Position numbers and translations under genes: made by a program. A model generated the notes under the pieces. That model was not told the DNA's origin and ran no database searches. It saw only the letters and a program-made list of their open reading frames with translations. From NCBI RefSeq assembly GCF_003704095.1, contig NW_020846294.1, positions 310,001 to 374,000 on the forward strand: 64,000 nucleotides of DNA, given 5' to 3'. Below, one piece after another: positions 1-10,198 of the stretch. Position 1 is the stretch's first letter, and each line of letters begins with the position of its first letter. Source of the DNA: Pocillopora damicornis. Taxonomy: Eukaryota.

Positions 1-1989
1 TACGAGCAAATCAGAACTTTTCTGAAAGGAAACAGTGAATTTGAAATCTCTCTGTTGGAGGTACACGGTACTTTTCCCTACCATTTACTCACTGACTTGC
101 TTTGCTATATTGAAAAATTTCGAGAAGCTCTCTATGTTGAGGAACTGGCACGAGCAAGAGTCCTCGCAGAATTAATGGCAGACAAGTACTCCGTGGAAAG
201 CCACCTCTCAGCTGATCCACAATCATGGTTCGGGATTGAAAACATTGTGAGGAGAGAAAGTGACTGTGTTTTCCTGTACATTTCGTACAGAGAGCGGCAT
301 CTTCTTCTCTGGGTATTGAAAACAAATGGAGACACTTGCTTTCGCAAAACTGACAAAGTGGAACTAGACACTCTTATTGACGAGCAAGTTTGCGATGTGG
401 AAGGAATTTTCAAAAAGAGTGCCGCTGGCTTCGGCGTTTTACCCACAGAGAACTGCGAAGATCGATCTTTGGATGACAACGTGACGAAATCTCTTCATAA
501 AGAGAGCCGAGCAAATTTGCGAGGTGAACAAACCAAAGATACTGAAAGAATTCATAAATTGTGCTACAAATGGATCGTCGCACCCGTGGCAGACTTACTT
601 ACAGAGCCCGAAATCATCATTGTGCCGGATCGTTTTTCGTACCGAGTCCCATTTGCTGCCTTGCGTGATGAATCTGCCGGAAAGTATTTATCGGAGAAGT
701 ACAGAATCCGTATCTTCCCTTCACTAACGACTCTCCGAATCATTCAAGAATGTCCAGCGGACTATCACAGTCTAACTGATGCGCTGGTTGTGGGTGATCC
801 TACGGTCGGCGAAGTGCATTACAATGGACGTCTCACTAACTTTACACCATTGCGCTGTGCAAGAAAGGAAGCAGAGATGGTTGGTCGACTGCTGGGCGTT
901 CAGCCTTTGTTAGGAAGTGGCGCAACAAAGCAGGCAGTACTTAAAGCGATACCTTCGGTAAGTCTGATACATCTTGCCGCTCATGGACATCCCGAAAGAG
1001 GAGAGATTGCCCTCTCTCCTCAACGCACTACTAACCATACTCCTCAAGAGGAAGACTACCTCCTGACTATGTCCGAAATTCAAGGAGTTCAAGTGCGAGC
1101 TAAACTGGTAGTACTCAGCTGTTGTCACAGTGGGCGGGGATTGGTTAAAAAGGAAGGAATCCTTGGAATCGCTCGTGCATTCTTAGCATCCGGTGCACGT
1201 TCGGTGTTGGTAGCATCCTGGGCTATAGAAGACGAAGCAACGGAGCAGCTCATGAATCATTTCTACGAACACCTTGTGCGTGGAGAAAGTGCCAGTGAGT
1301 CTCTTCACCAGGCCGTTCAATGGTTGAGAAGCAATGGTTTCCCCAAACCTTCCCAATGGGCTCCGTTTGTGCTGATAGGGGATAACGTGACATTTGATTT
1401 TATGAAAAAAGAGTAAGTCTGATTTTAATGAGCAATTTTCTATAATAAACCGATTAGCACACTTAACTTTTTCAATTCAACTTACTTTAGTCGGTTTTTG
1501 TTTGTTTGTTTGTTTGATTTTGTCTTTGTCTTTCATCCATAAAATGTCAAGAAAAAGAAGACGATTTTATTTAGGCTCAGAGCCAGAAGAATTTGATGAA
1601 TCGATTCCTCAATTGGCCTTGAAAAGGAGTTCCTTTTGCATGGAAGACATTCAGAAATAACTGCTCAAGGTTGAAACGATGCTAGACGCTATGACGATGA
1701 GAGTAATCTGAGAAATTTAAGCTGACTTTAAAAAAGTTAACTATATTTTTAAAAAAATCAACAACAATAACCAATTAAAGCATAATTTTGAAGTCACTTT
1801 CGCATAAATCATGGTATATTCGACAATAATTTGGAAAAGTTCGAAAATCATAGTCCATGACATTGAAGAAAAAGTAATTTCTTTCAAATGAACTTGATCC
1901 GTTTGCCTTTTCAGTTAAAATAGTGACAAATGTAAAATGTTTGTTTTTAGGAAAGAAGAACTCAAGGAGGACAAAAATGAAGCAAAGAT
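1..1989 (+). CDS. TPR-CHAT protein, copy 1 (5'-truncated by window edge): end of TPR region plus CHAT (caspase-HetF) protease domain; main exon <1..1412 and small terminal exon 1951..>1989
   Basis: Open frame from position 1, colinear with 8102-9635. CHAT motifs IIVPD..VPFAAL, HLAAHG, LVVLSCCHSG, FLASGARSVLVASW, WAPFVLIG. Donor GA|GTAAGT at 1412/1413 and acceptor TTTTTAG| at 1950 join in frame to KEELKEDKNEAKI. The unspliced form stops at 1416. Confidence 0.9.
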
Positions 1990-2089
1990 NNNNNNNNNNN
2001 NNNNNNNNNNNNNNNNNNNNNNNNNNNNNNNNNNNNNNNNNNNNNNNNNNNNNNNNNNNNNNNNNNNNNNNNNNNNNNNNNNNNNNNNN

Positions 2090-2717
2090 CGTTTGTGCTG
2101 ATGGGGGATAACGTGACATTTGATTTTACGAAAAAAGGGTAAGTCAGATTGTAATGAGCAATTTTCTATAATAACCNNNNNNNNNNCTTAACTTTTTCAG
2201 TTCAACACATAATAGTCGGTTTTTGTTTGTTTTTGTCTTTGTCTCTCATCCATAAAATGTAAAGAAAAAGAAGACGATTTCATTTCGTGCTCAGAGNNNN
2301 NNNNNNTTTATGAATCGCTACCTTAATTGGCCTTGAAAAAGAGTTCCTTTTACATGCAAGATATTCAGAAATAACTGCAGGAGGTTGATACGATGCTAGA
2401 CGCTATGACGNNNNNNNNNNTCTGAGAAACTTCAGCTGACTTTAAAAAAGTTAACTTTATTTTGTAAAAAATCTACAACAGTAACCAATTAAACCATCAT
2501 TTTGAAGTCACTTTCGCGTAAATTATGGCATATGCAACAATAATTTGNNNNNNNNNNAAAATCATAGTCCATGACATTGAAGAAAAAATTGATTTCTTTC
2601 AAATGAACTTGATCCGTTTGCCCTTTCAGTTAAAATATTGACAAATGTAGAATGTTTTTTTTCAGGAAAGAAGAACTCAAGGAGGACAAAAATGAAGCAA
2701 AGATTGGAGCAGAGTGA
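2090..2717 (+). CDS. TPR-CHAT copy 2, 3' fragment only (FVLMGDNVTFDFTKKG, donor at 2138/2139, terminal exon 2666..2717 KEELKEDKNEAKIGAE*)
   Basis: Follows a 100-N gap. Colinear with copy 1 (1364-1989) but with many substitutions. Could be a separate paralog or an allelic haplotype. Confidence 0.6.
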
Positions 2718-5700
2718 NNNNNNNNNNNNNNNNNNNNNNNNNNNNNNNNNNNNNNNNNNNNNNNNNNNNNNNNNNNNNNNNNNNNNNNNNNNNNNNNNNN
2801 NNNNNNNNNNNNNNNNNNNNNNNNNNNNNNNNNNNNNNNNNNNNNNNNNNNNNNNNNNNNNNNNNNNNNNNNNNNNNNNNNNNNNNNNNNNNNNNNNNNN
2901 NNNNNNNNNNNNNNNNNNNNNNNNNNNNNNNNNNNNNNNNNNNNNNNNNNNNNNNNNNNNNNNNNNNNNNNNNNNNNNNNNNNNNNNNNNNNNNNNNNNN
3001 NNNNNNNNNNNNNNNNNNNNNNNNNNNNNNNNNNNNNNNNNNNNNNNNNNNNNNNNNNNNNNNNNNNNNNNNNNNNNNNNNNNNNNNNNNNTCCTCGGTT
3101 TACATCACCATGATCTGGTTTTCAATTCTCTCGTAGCATGCAGACCCGATCATCAAAGAGTTATGAAAATCTGTTGTAGGTATAGGAGATATTAACAAGA
3201 AACAAACGGAAGAGAAAAGTAGGCGTTACTATATCAAAATCTAAAAGATAAACGGAGAAGGGAACAGACAGANNNNNNNNNNNNNNNNNNNNNNNNNNNN
3301 NNNNNNNNNNNNNNNNNNNNNNNNNNNNNNNNNNNNNNNNNNNNNNNNNNNNNNNNNNNNNNNNNNNNNNNNNNNNNNNNNNNNNNNNNNNNNNNNNNNN
3401 NNNNNNNNNNNNNNNNNNNNNNNNNNNNNNNNNNNNNNNNNNNNNNNNNNNNNNNNNNNNNNNNNNNNNNNNNNNNNNNNNNNNNNNNNNNNNNNNNNNN
3501 NNNNNNNNNNNNNNNNNNNNNNNNNNNNNNNNNNNNNNNNNNNNNNNNNNNNNNNNNNNNNNNNNNNNNNNNNNNNNNNNNNNNNNNNNNNNNNNNNNNN
3601 NNNNNNNNNNNNNNNNNNNNNNNNNNNNNNNNNNNNNNNNNNNNNNNNNNNNNNNNNNNNNNNNNNNNNNNNNNNNNNNNNNNNNNNNNNNNNNNNNNNN
3701 NNNNNNNNNNNNNNNNATAAATACAACTTATATAGAAAAGTGACTGCAAATAAGACGGAATCTTTAGAATGGTACAAAGCTCTAGGAAGGGATCAAGTAA
3801 ATTTTTGCTGCGACACAACTAAAATTCTNNNNNNNNNNNNNNNNNNNNNNNNNNNNNNNNNNNNNNNNNNNNNNNNNNNNNNNNNNNNNNNNNNNNNNNN
3901 NNNNNNNNNNNNNNNNNNNNNNNNNNNNTCTTATAGGCAAGCTGTAATGCAAGTTCCATCCTCCTTAGGTTTTTACAATGATCACTTTTTACCGATAATT
4001 TTCATATTCGATCTTTCATTAACTCTTTGCATTCTTCGTTACTTTGCAGAGAAAATTTGAAATCAGTTCCATGATTTTGGTCTTCTACCTATCAAGAGAT
4101 CATTTCTTCTTGAAAGGTGAGCGGCTAAATATTTATTTCAGAAATATAGCGCGCTGAAATGTTTACGATTGCAACTTAATAATGATAGAGATAAATACTT
4201 GTGAATGATGAGTCTGTTTACTCTCACGACTTGATTGCTGTACGGTACATTGATATTGTAAGGAGAAACTACATATTCATCACTACTGTGACGATGTAAA
4301 ATAAGAAGATGCCATATGTTATTTCATGAATCTTATGAGCAACCTGGGAAACAATTTTTCTTCCATCTCAGGTTTTATTTTTTTCATTTTGGTGATTTCT
4401 TGTTACCAACCGTGTGAGTAAAATGTTGTTACACCAGCTATTTGTATATACGTTTGTTTTTCTGGGAAAGTCGAATTTCATTTTTTTACTTTCGTTTTCA
4501 TAAGTCACACCATCAAAATCTGTCGGCAGGGTCTGTGTTCAAAGGTGAACTGTTCCCCTTTTTTTAAAATTTCTATATTTTGATTACTTCTTAATTTCAT
4601 TTTCCATGAATAAAATTGATCTTCTTATTTTAACGAACAAAAAATTTGGAGAACTTGGTATAAGTTGTCGAAGTAACGAGAATGTAATTGAATGAAATGA
4701 AAAGATTTTATTTCATAAATACAGAGATTCACAGTGTAAAGTGCTATCGTTCCGGTTGTACGAACGTTATGTTTTCACAGTCGTTCGCTTTCCACTTTAA
4801 AGTGTAAATTTCAGTTCATATGTGTGAAAGATAAGACATCATATATGGAAAGTACTTGAATGATTTTTATTCACTTGTTGCGATGCATGAAAAACTCAAT
4901 CGTTCGCTGTAAAATTCACGCGTCACATATTAATTTTGGCCTTAATCACGTATCACGTGTAAACCCTTTGGTACCCCCTTTTCAAAATTCAGTTTGACTG
5001 CTCTCGTATGACACTGCAATGAGGTTCAGAAATAGAAATTGCAATTGAAAGTTTCGCGCGACTGTGATAGTTTTCAGGATTAATTGCCAAAACAATTCAA
5101 GCAAGGAAAACCCACTTCCCCAAGTCGACCTTCCTATCCGCCAACCACTATAAAGTGTGAGAAGGACGGTTTTTCCGAATCTTAATATAACTTTCAGCAG
5201 GATAAAACACAGCGAAAGAATGCCAAAAAAAGGGAACATCCCATTTACTTTAATATTTCAATTGTCAAGGGTCGATATGAATTTTATTCACTCAAAGAAT
5301 CTTCAACTTTAAGCTGAGAATCAGGTCAAGTAAAGAACTATACGACTTTAGCTTAAGCGAGTGACAAGAGCGTGCATGCAGGCGGAAAAGCGCCTGTGCA
5401 AGATGAGTAGGAAATAAGAACCTCCTTTATAAAGCAAAGACAATTGTACCGCCATTTCCCGTCATAATGAAATAAGTGACGGCTTACGCTTGCATAGTCT
5501 CTCCTGATTGAAATGACTGAAACGATTTTCTTCTAGAGAAGTCAAAATATTTCTTTAAAACTGATACGTACGAAAAACATTAATGCCATTATTTCAATTA
5601 AAAAGTCGAAGAAAACCTACTTCCTCGGGCGAAAGCGTTATAGAAATTTTGTCCTGTTTTATCTGCCAGGCAGCTTGGTAATCTGTCCAAAACACGCGCA

Positions 5701-6085
5701 AGACGCTCGTGACGCATGGAAGGTACCCATTTAAATTGTCCCATACTATCCCGTGCTATCATCGTATAATCCATAGAAGTTCCAGAGAAAATCATATTGA
5801 TGTACATTTTTTGGGTTGAATTCAAAAGTCTGCCGACTTTTTCTGCTAATTTTTCTTCTAGCAGTAAATCGAAATCAGACTCAATAATAACTAATTTTAA
5901 TAGCATGAAATGAGTGAAAAAAAACACGTTCAATGCAAACATAACACGATTCGTAACTGCTGTTCAGCCAATTCCCTAAAAAAGCTCAAGGATTCCACAA
6001 ATCAGTGTTTATTTCAATTTTTTTAAAGTTTTCCTTTTTGTTAATTCTTTGTCACGAAAAACAAAAAAAAAAACAGGAAAGACTC

Positions 6086-9000
6086 ATGATGAGTGACGCT
6101 GCAGAAATCCTAAAGTCAGTCCAGATAGGTTTAAATGTCGTCATATTTCTTCTCAACACTGATCGTGGCCTACAAGCGACTGAGTTATGTAATGAATGCA
6201 CAAGTCTACTTCAAAACCTTGACTGTGGTAGTCACCTTAATATCTCTGTTGTAATATCCAATGCATGCTACGCCATGTCTGGTAACGCAAATGCGGAACT
6301 ATATACCAAGAGACTTCTTTACACCTTGCACCACGCTGGAAGACTAACCATTCAACTGGGAGACAAATATAAAGCCCAGTGCGGGTTTGTAGAGGCAAAG
6401 CAACTTTACAATAGCGCACTCATCATCATGCAAACGATTGGTCACAAAAGAGAAGAAGCAATGGCACATCAAAGACTTGGAACTGTATGTATAAGCCTCA
6501 GTGAAATGCAGAAGGCAAAAAAACACCTCGAGAAAGCAGTCATCATCGCGATAGAAACTGGTGACAGACAAGCAGAAGGAAAGAGTAAAGGGAACCTCGG
6601 AAATATGTTTTATCACCTTGGCAAATATCAGAAGGCTGAGGAATGTTACAAGGAAGCACTTGCCATTGCGATAGAAATTGGTCACAGACAAGGAGAAAGC
6701 ACTAGTTACGGGAGCCTCGGAGATGTGTTTAATTCCCTAGGAGAATATCAGAAGGCTAAAAAATATTACAAGAAAGCACTTGCTATCGCGATAGAAATTG
6801 GCGACAGATGTGGTGAAGGAACAGTTAACGGGAAACTCGGAGATGTGTTTCACTCCTTTGGCAAATATGAGAAGGCTAAGGAATGTCACAAGAAAGCACT
6901 TGCCATTGCGATAGAAATTGGCCACAGACAAGAAGAAGAAACAATAAACGGGAACCTCGGAAATGTGTTTAATTCCTTAGGCGAATATCAGAAGGCTAAA
7001 GAATATTACGAGAATGCACTCGCCATCGCGATGGAAATTGGCAACAGAAAAGGAGAAGGAACAAGTATCGGGAACCTCGGAACTGTATTTAATTCCCTAG
7101 GCGAATATCAGAAGGCTCGAGAATATTTCGAGAAATCACTTGCCATAGCGATAGAAATTGGCGACAGACAAGGAGAGGGAACAGTTAACGGGAACCTCGG
7201 AGATCTGTTTCATTCCCTTGGCAAATATCAGAAGGCTAAAGAGTGTCACCAGAAAGCACTAGCTATTGCGATAGAAATTGGCGACAGAAAAGGAGAAGAA
7301 ACAATTTACGGGAACCTCGGCGATATGTTTAGTTCCCTAGGGGAATATCAGCGGGCTAAAGAATGTTCCGAGAAAGCACTTGCCATCGCGGTAGAAATTG
7401 GTGACAGACGAGGCGAAGGAAAAATTAACGGGAAACTCGGAAATGTGTTTCGTTCCCTTAGCGAATATCAGAAGGCTAAAGAATATAACGAGAAAGCACT
7501 TGCTATCGCGATAGAAATTGACGACAAACAAGGAGAAAAAGTAAGTAACGGGAACCTCGGAAATGTGTTCATGTCCCTTGGCGAATATCAGAAGGCTAGA
7601 GTATATTACGACAAAGCACTTGCCATCGCGATAGAAATCGGCGAGAGAAAAGGAGGGTTATTCTTAAGCCTTGGAAATGTTTATTTTAAGCTTCGAAAAA
7701 ATCGGCAAGCTAAAGAATATTTGGACAAGGCAGTTGGCATCAGTATAGCAAGTGGTGACAGAATACTAGGAGCCTACGCTACTGCAAGTTTGGCAGCTGT
7801 TTTTGCTTCAGTGAATGACTGTCAGAAAGCAAAAGAACATTTTGAGAAGGCGCTTACCATCAGCAGAGAATGTGGCTGTAGAAAAGTCGAGGCAATCATT
7901 TACATAAGCCTTAGCAATTTGTACCAATCGCTTGGTGAATGTAGCAAGGCAGAAGATTGTATTGAGAAAGCCTATTCCATAAGCAGCCAAATCGGAGACA
8001 AGATGCTTGAGTTTGAAAGCCTTCTCAGTATTACTCAACTAAAGATATGGCAGTCAGAGGTTGTGGAAGCAAAGGAATATCTCCTTCAATGTATTGCAAA
8101 ATACGAGCAAATCAGAACTTTTCTGAAAGGAAACAGTGAATTTAAAATTTCTCTGTTGGAGGAACACGGTACTTTTCCCTATCATTCACTCACTAACTTG
8201 CTGTGCTACATTGAAAAATTTGGAGATGCTCTCTATGTTGAGGAACTGGGACGAGCAAGGGTCCTCGCAGAATTAATGGCAGACAAGTATTCGGTGGAGA
8301 GCCACATCTCAGCTGATCCACAATCATGGTTCGGGATTGAAAACATCGTGAGGAGAGAAAATGACTGTGTTTTCTTGTATATTGCGTACAGAGAGCGGCG
8401 TGTTCTTCTCTGGGTATTGAGAGCAAATGGAGGCACTTGCTTTCGAAAAACAGATGAAGTGGAAGTAAACACTCTTATTGACGAGCAAGTTTGCGATGTG
8501 GAAGGCATTTTCAAAAAGAGCGCCGCTGGCTTTGGCGTTTTACCCACGGCAAACTGCGAAGATCGATCTTTGGATGACAAAGTGACGACATCTCTTCATA
8601 AGGAGAGCCGAGCACATTTGCGAGGTGGACAAACTAAAGATACCGAAAGAATTCATGATTTGTGCTACAAATGGTTCGTCGCACCCGTGGCAGACTTACT
8701 TACAGAGCCTGAAATCATCATTGTGCCGGATCGTTTTTCGTACCGAGTCCCATTTGCTGCCTTGCGTGATGAATCTGCCGGAAAGTATTTATCGGAGAAG
8801 TACAGAATCCGTATCGTCCCTTCACTGACGACTCTCCGAATCATCCAAGAATGTCCAGCGGACTATCACAGTCTAACTGATGCACTGGTTGTGGGTGATC
8901 CTACGGTCGGCGAAGTGCACTACAATGGACGTCTCACTGAAATTACACCATTGCTCTGTGCAAGAAAGGAAGCCGAGATGGTTGGTCGACTGCTGGGTGT

Positions 9001-9655
9001 TCAGCCTTTGTTAGGAAGTGGCGCAACAAAGCAGGCAGTACTGCAAGCGATANNNNNNNNNNNNNNNNNNNNNNNNNNNNNNNNNNNNNNNNNNNNNNNN
9101 NNNNNNNNNNNNNNNNNNNNNNNNNNNNNNNNNNNNNNNNNNNNNNNNNNNNCAACAAAGCAGGCAGTACTTCAAGCGATACCTTCGGTAAGTCTGATAC
9201 ATCTTGTCGCACATGGAAATGCCGAAAGAGGAGAGATTGCCCTCTCTCCTCAACGTACCACTAACAATACTCCTGAAGAGGAAGACTACCTCCTGACTAT
9301 GTCCGAAATTCTAGGAGTTCAAGTGCGAGCTAAACTGGTAGTACTCAGCTGTTGTCACAGTGGGCGCGGATTGGTTAAAAAGGAAGGAGTCCTCGGAATC
9401 GCTCGTGCATTCTTAGCATCCGGTGCACGTTCAGTGTTGGTAGCATCGTGGGCTCTAGAAGACGAAGCAACGGCGAAGCTCATGAAGCATTTCTACAAAC
9501 ACCTTGTGGGTGGAGAAAGTGCCAGTGAGTCTCCTCACCAGGCCGTTCAATGGTTGAGAAGCAATGGCTATTCTAAACCTTCCCAATGGGCTCCGTTTGT
9601 GCTGATGGGGGATAACGTGACATTTGATTTTATGAATTATAAACCAATATCATAA
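6086..9655 (+). CDS. TPR-CHAT protein, copy 3 (TTC28-like): ~14 TPR units followed by CHAT protease domain, single large coding exon
   Basis: ORF 6005..9655; likely start ATG 6086 or 6089 after a candidate acceptor CAG at 6075-6077. 40-aa GNLG..F.SLGEYQKA repeats. CHAT motifs HLVAHG and LSCCHSG. Interrupted by a 100-N gap (9053-9152) whose flanks overlap. Confidence 0.92.
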   Translation: MMSDAAEILKSVQIGLNVVIFLLNTDRGLQATELCNECTSLLQNLDCGSHLNISVVISNACYAMSGNANAELYTKRLLYTLHHAGRLTIQLGDKYKAQCGFVEAKQLYNSALIIMQTIGHKREEAMAHQRLGTVCISLSEMQKAKKHLEKAVIIAIETGDRQAEGKSKGNLGNMFYHLGKYQKAEECYKEALAIAIEIGHRQGESTSYGSLGDVFNSLGEYQKAKKYYKKALAIAIEIGDRCGEGTVNGKLGDVFHSFGKYEKAKECHKKALAIAIEIGHRQEEETINGNLGNVFNSLGEYQKAKEYYENALAIAMEIGNRKGEGTSIGNLGTVFNSLGEYQKAREYFEKSLAIAIEIGDRQGEGTVNGNLGDLFHSLGKYQKAKECHQKALAIAIEIGDRKGEETIYGNLGDMFSSLGEYQRAKECSEKALAIAVEIGDRRGEGKINGKLGNVFRSLSEYQKAKEYNEKALAIAIEIDDKQGEKVSNGNLGNVFMSLGEYQKARVYYDKALAIAIEIGERKGGLFLSLGNVYFKLRKNRQAKEYLDKAVGISIASGDRILGAYATASLAAVFASVNDCQKAKEHFEKALTISRECGCRKVEAIIYISLSNLYQSLGECSKAEDCIEKAYSISSQIGDKMLEFESLLSITQLKIWQSEVVEAKEYLLQCIAKYEQIRTFLKGNSEFKISLLEEHGTFPYHSLTNLLCYIEKFGDALYVEELGRARVLAELMADKYSVESHISADPQSWFGIENIVRRENDCVFLYIAYRERRVLLWVLRANGGTCFRKTDEVEVNTLIDEQVCDVEGIFKKSAAGFGVLPTANCEDRSLDDKVTTSLHKESRAHLRGGQTKDTERIHDLCYKWFVAPVADLLTEPEIIIVPDRFSYRVPFAALRDESAGKYLSEKYRIRIVPSLTTLRIIQECPADYHSLTDALVVGDPTVGEVHYNGRLTEITPLLCARKEAEMVGRLLGVQPLLGSGATKQAVLQAIXXXXXXXXXXXXXXXXXXXXXXXXXXXXXXXXXXTKQAVLQAIPSVSLIHLVAHGNAERGEIALSPQRTTNNTPEEEDYLLTMSEILGVQVRAKLVVLSCCHSGRGLVKKEGVLGIARAFLASGARSVLVASWALEDEATAKLMKHFYKHLVGGESASESPHQAVQWLRSNGYSKPSQWAPFVLMGDNVTFDFMNYKPIS
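6565..7644 (+). repeat. Coding tandem repeat: nine 120-bp TPR units
   Basis: GGAACCTCGG-like anchor recurs at 6591, 6711, 6831, 6951, 7071, 7191, 7311, 7431 and 7551. Confidence 0.95.
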
Positions 9656-10146
9656 GTGCACTTAAATTTTCAGTTGAAGACATAATAGTCAGTTTTTGTT
9701 ATTTTTTTGTTTTATTCCTTGTCTTTCATCTATGAATTGTCAAGAAAAAGAAGACGATTTTATCTAGCACCGGAGCCATAAGATTTTGATGAATCGCTTC
9801 CTAAATTGGCCTTGAGAAAGAGTTTCTTTTGCATGGAAGATATTCAGGAATAACTGCTGGAGGTTGATACGATGCTAGACGCTATGACGATAAATGTAAT
9901 CTGAGAAACTTAAGCTGACTTTAAAAAAGTTAACATTATTTTGTAAAAAATCAACAATAACCATAATGATTAAATCATAATTTTAAAGTCACTTTCGCAC
10001 CAATCACGGAATTTGACAATAATTTGGAGAGGTTAGAAATGACTGATGGCCAGTGACTTTGAAGGAAAAAGTAATTTCGTTGAAATTAACCTGTTCCGTT
10101 TGCTTTTAAGTTAAAATAGTGACAAATGTAGAATGTTTGTTTTTAG

Positions 10147-10198
10147 GAGAGAAGAACTCAAGGAGGACAACAATGAAGCAAAGATTGGAACAGAGTGA
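10147..10198 (+). other. Orphaned terminal exon of TPR-CHAT copy 3 (REELKEDNNEAKIGTE*)
   Basis: Homologous to 1951.. and 2666..2717 with intact acceptor TTTTAG at 10141-10146. The matching upstream donor is deleted in copy 3. Confidence 0.65.

Noticed and set aside
1775-4060. ORFs containing long X runs
   Set aside because: Artifacts of N gaps.
6005-6085. Hydrophobic signal-peptide-like N-terminus of the 1216-aa ORF
   Set aside because: Starts at GTG within a T/A-rich tract preceding a likely acceptor; probably intronic, with the real start at ATG 6086 or 6089.
6237-9253. Several antisense or alternative-frame ORFs over TPR-CHAT copy 3
   Set aside because: Shadows of the repetitive coding strand; no independent motifs.
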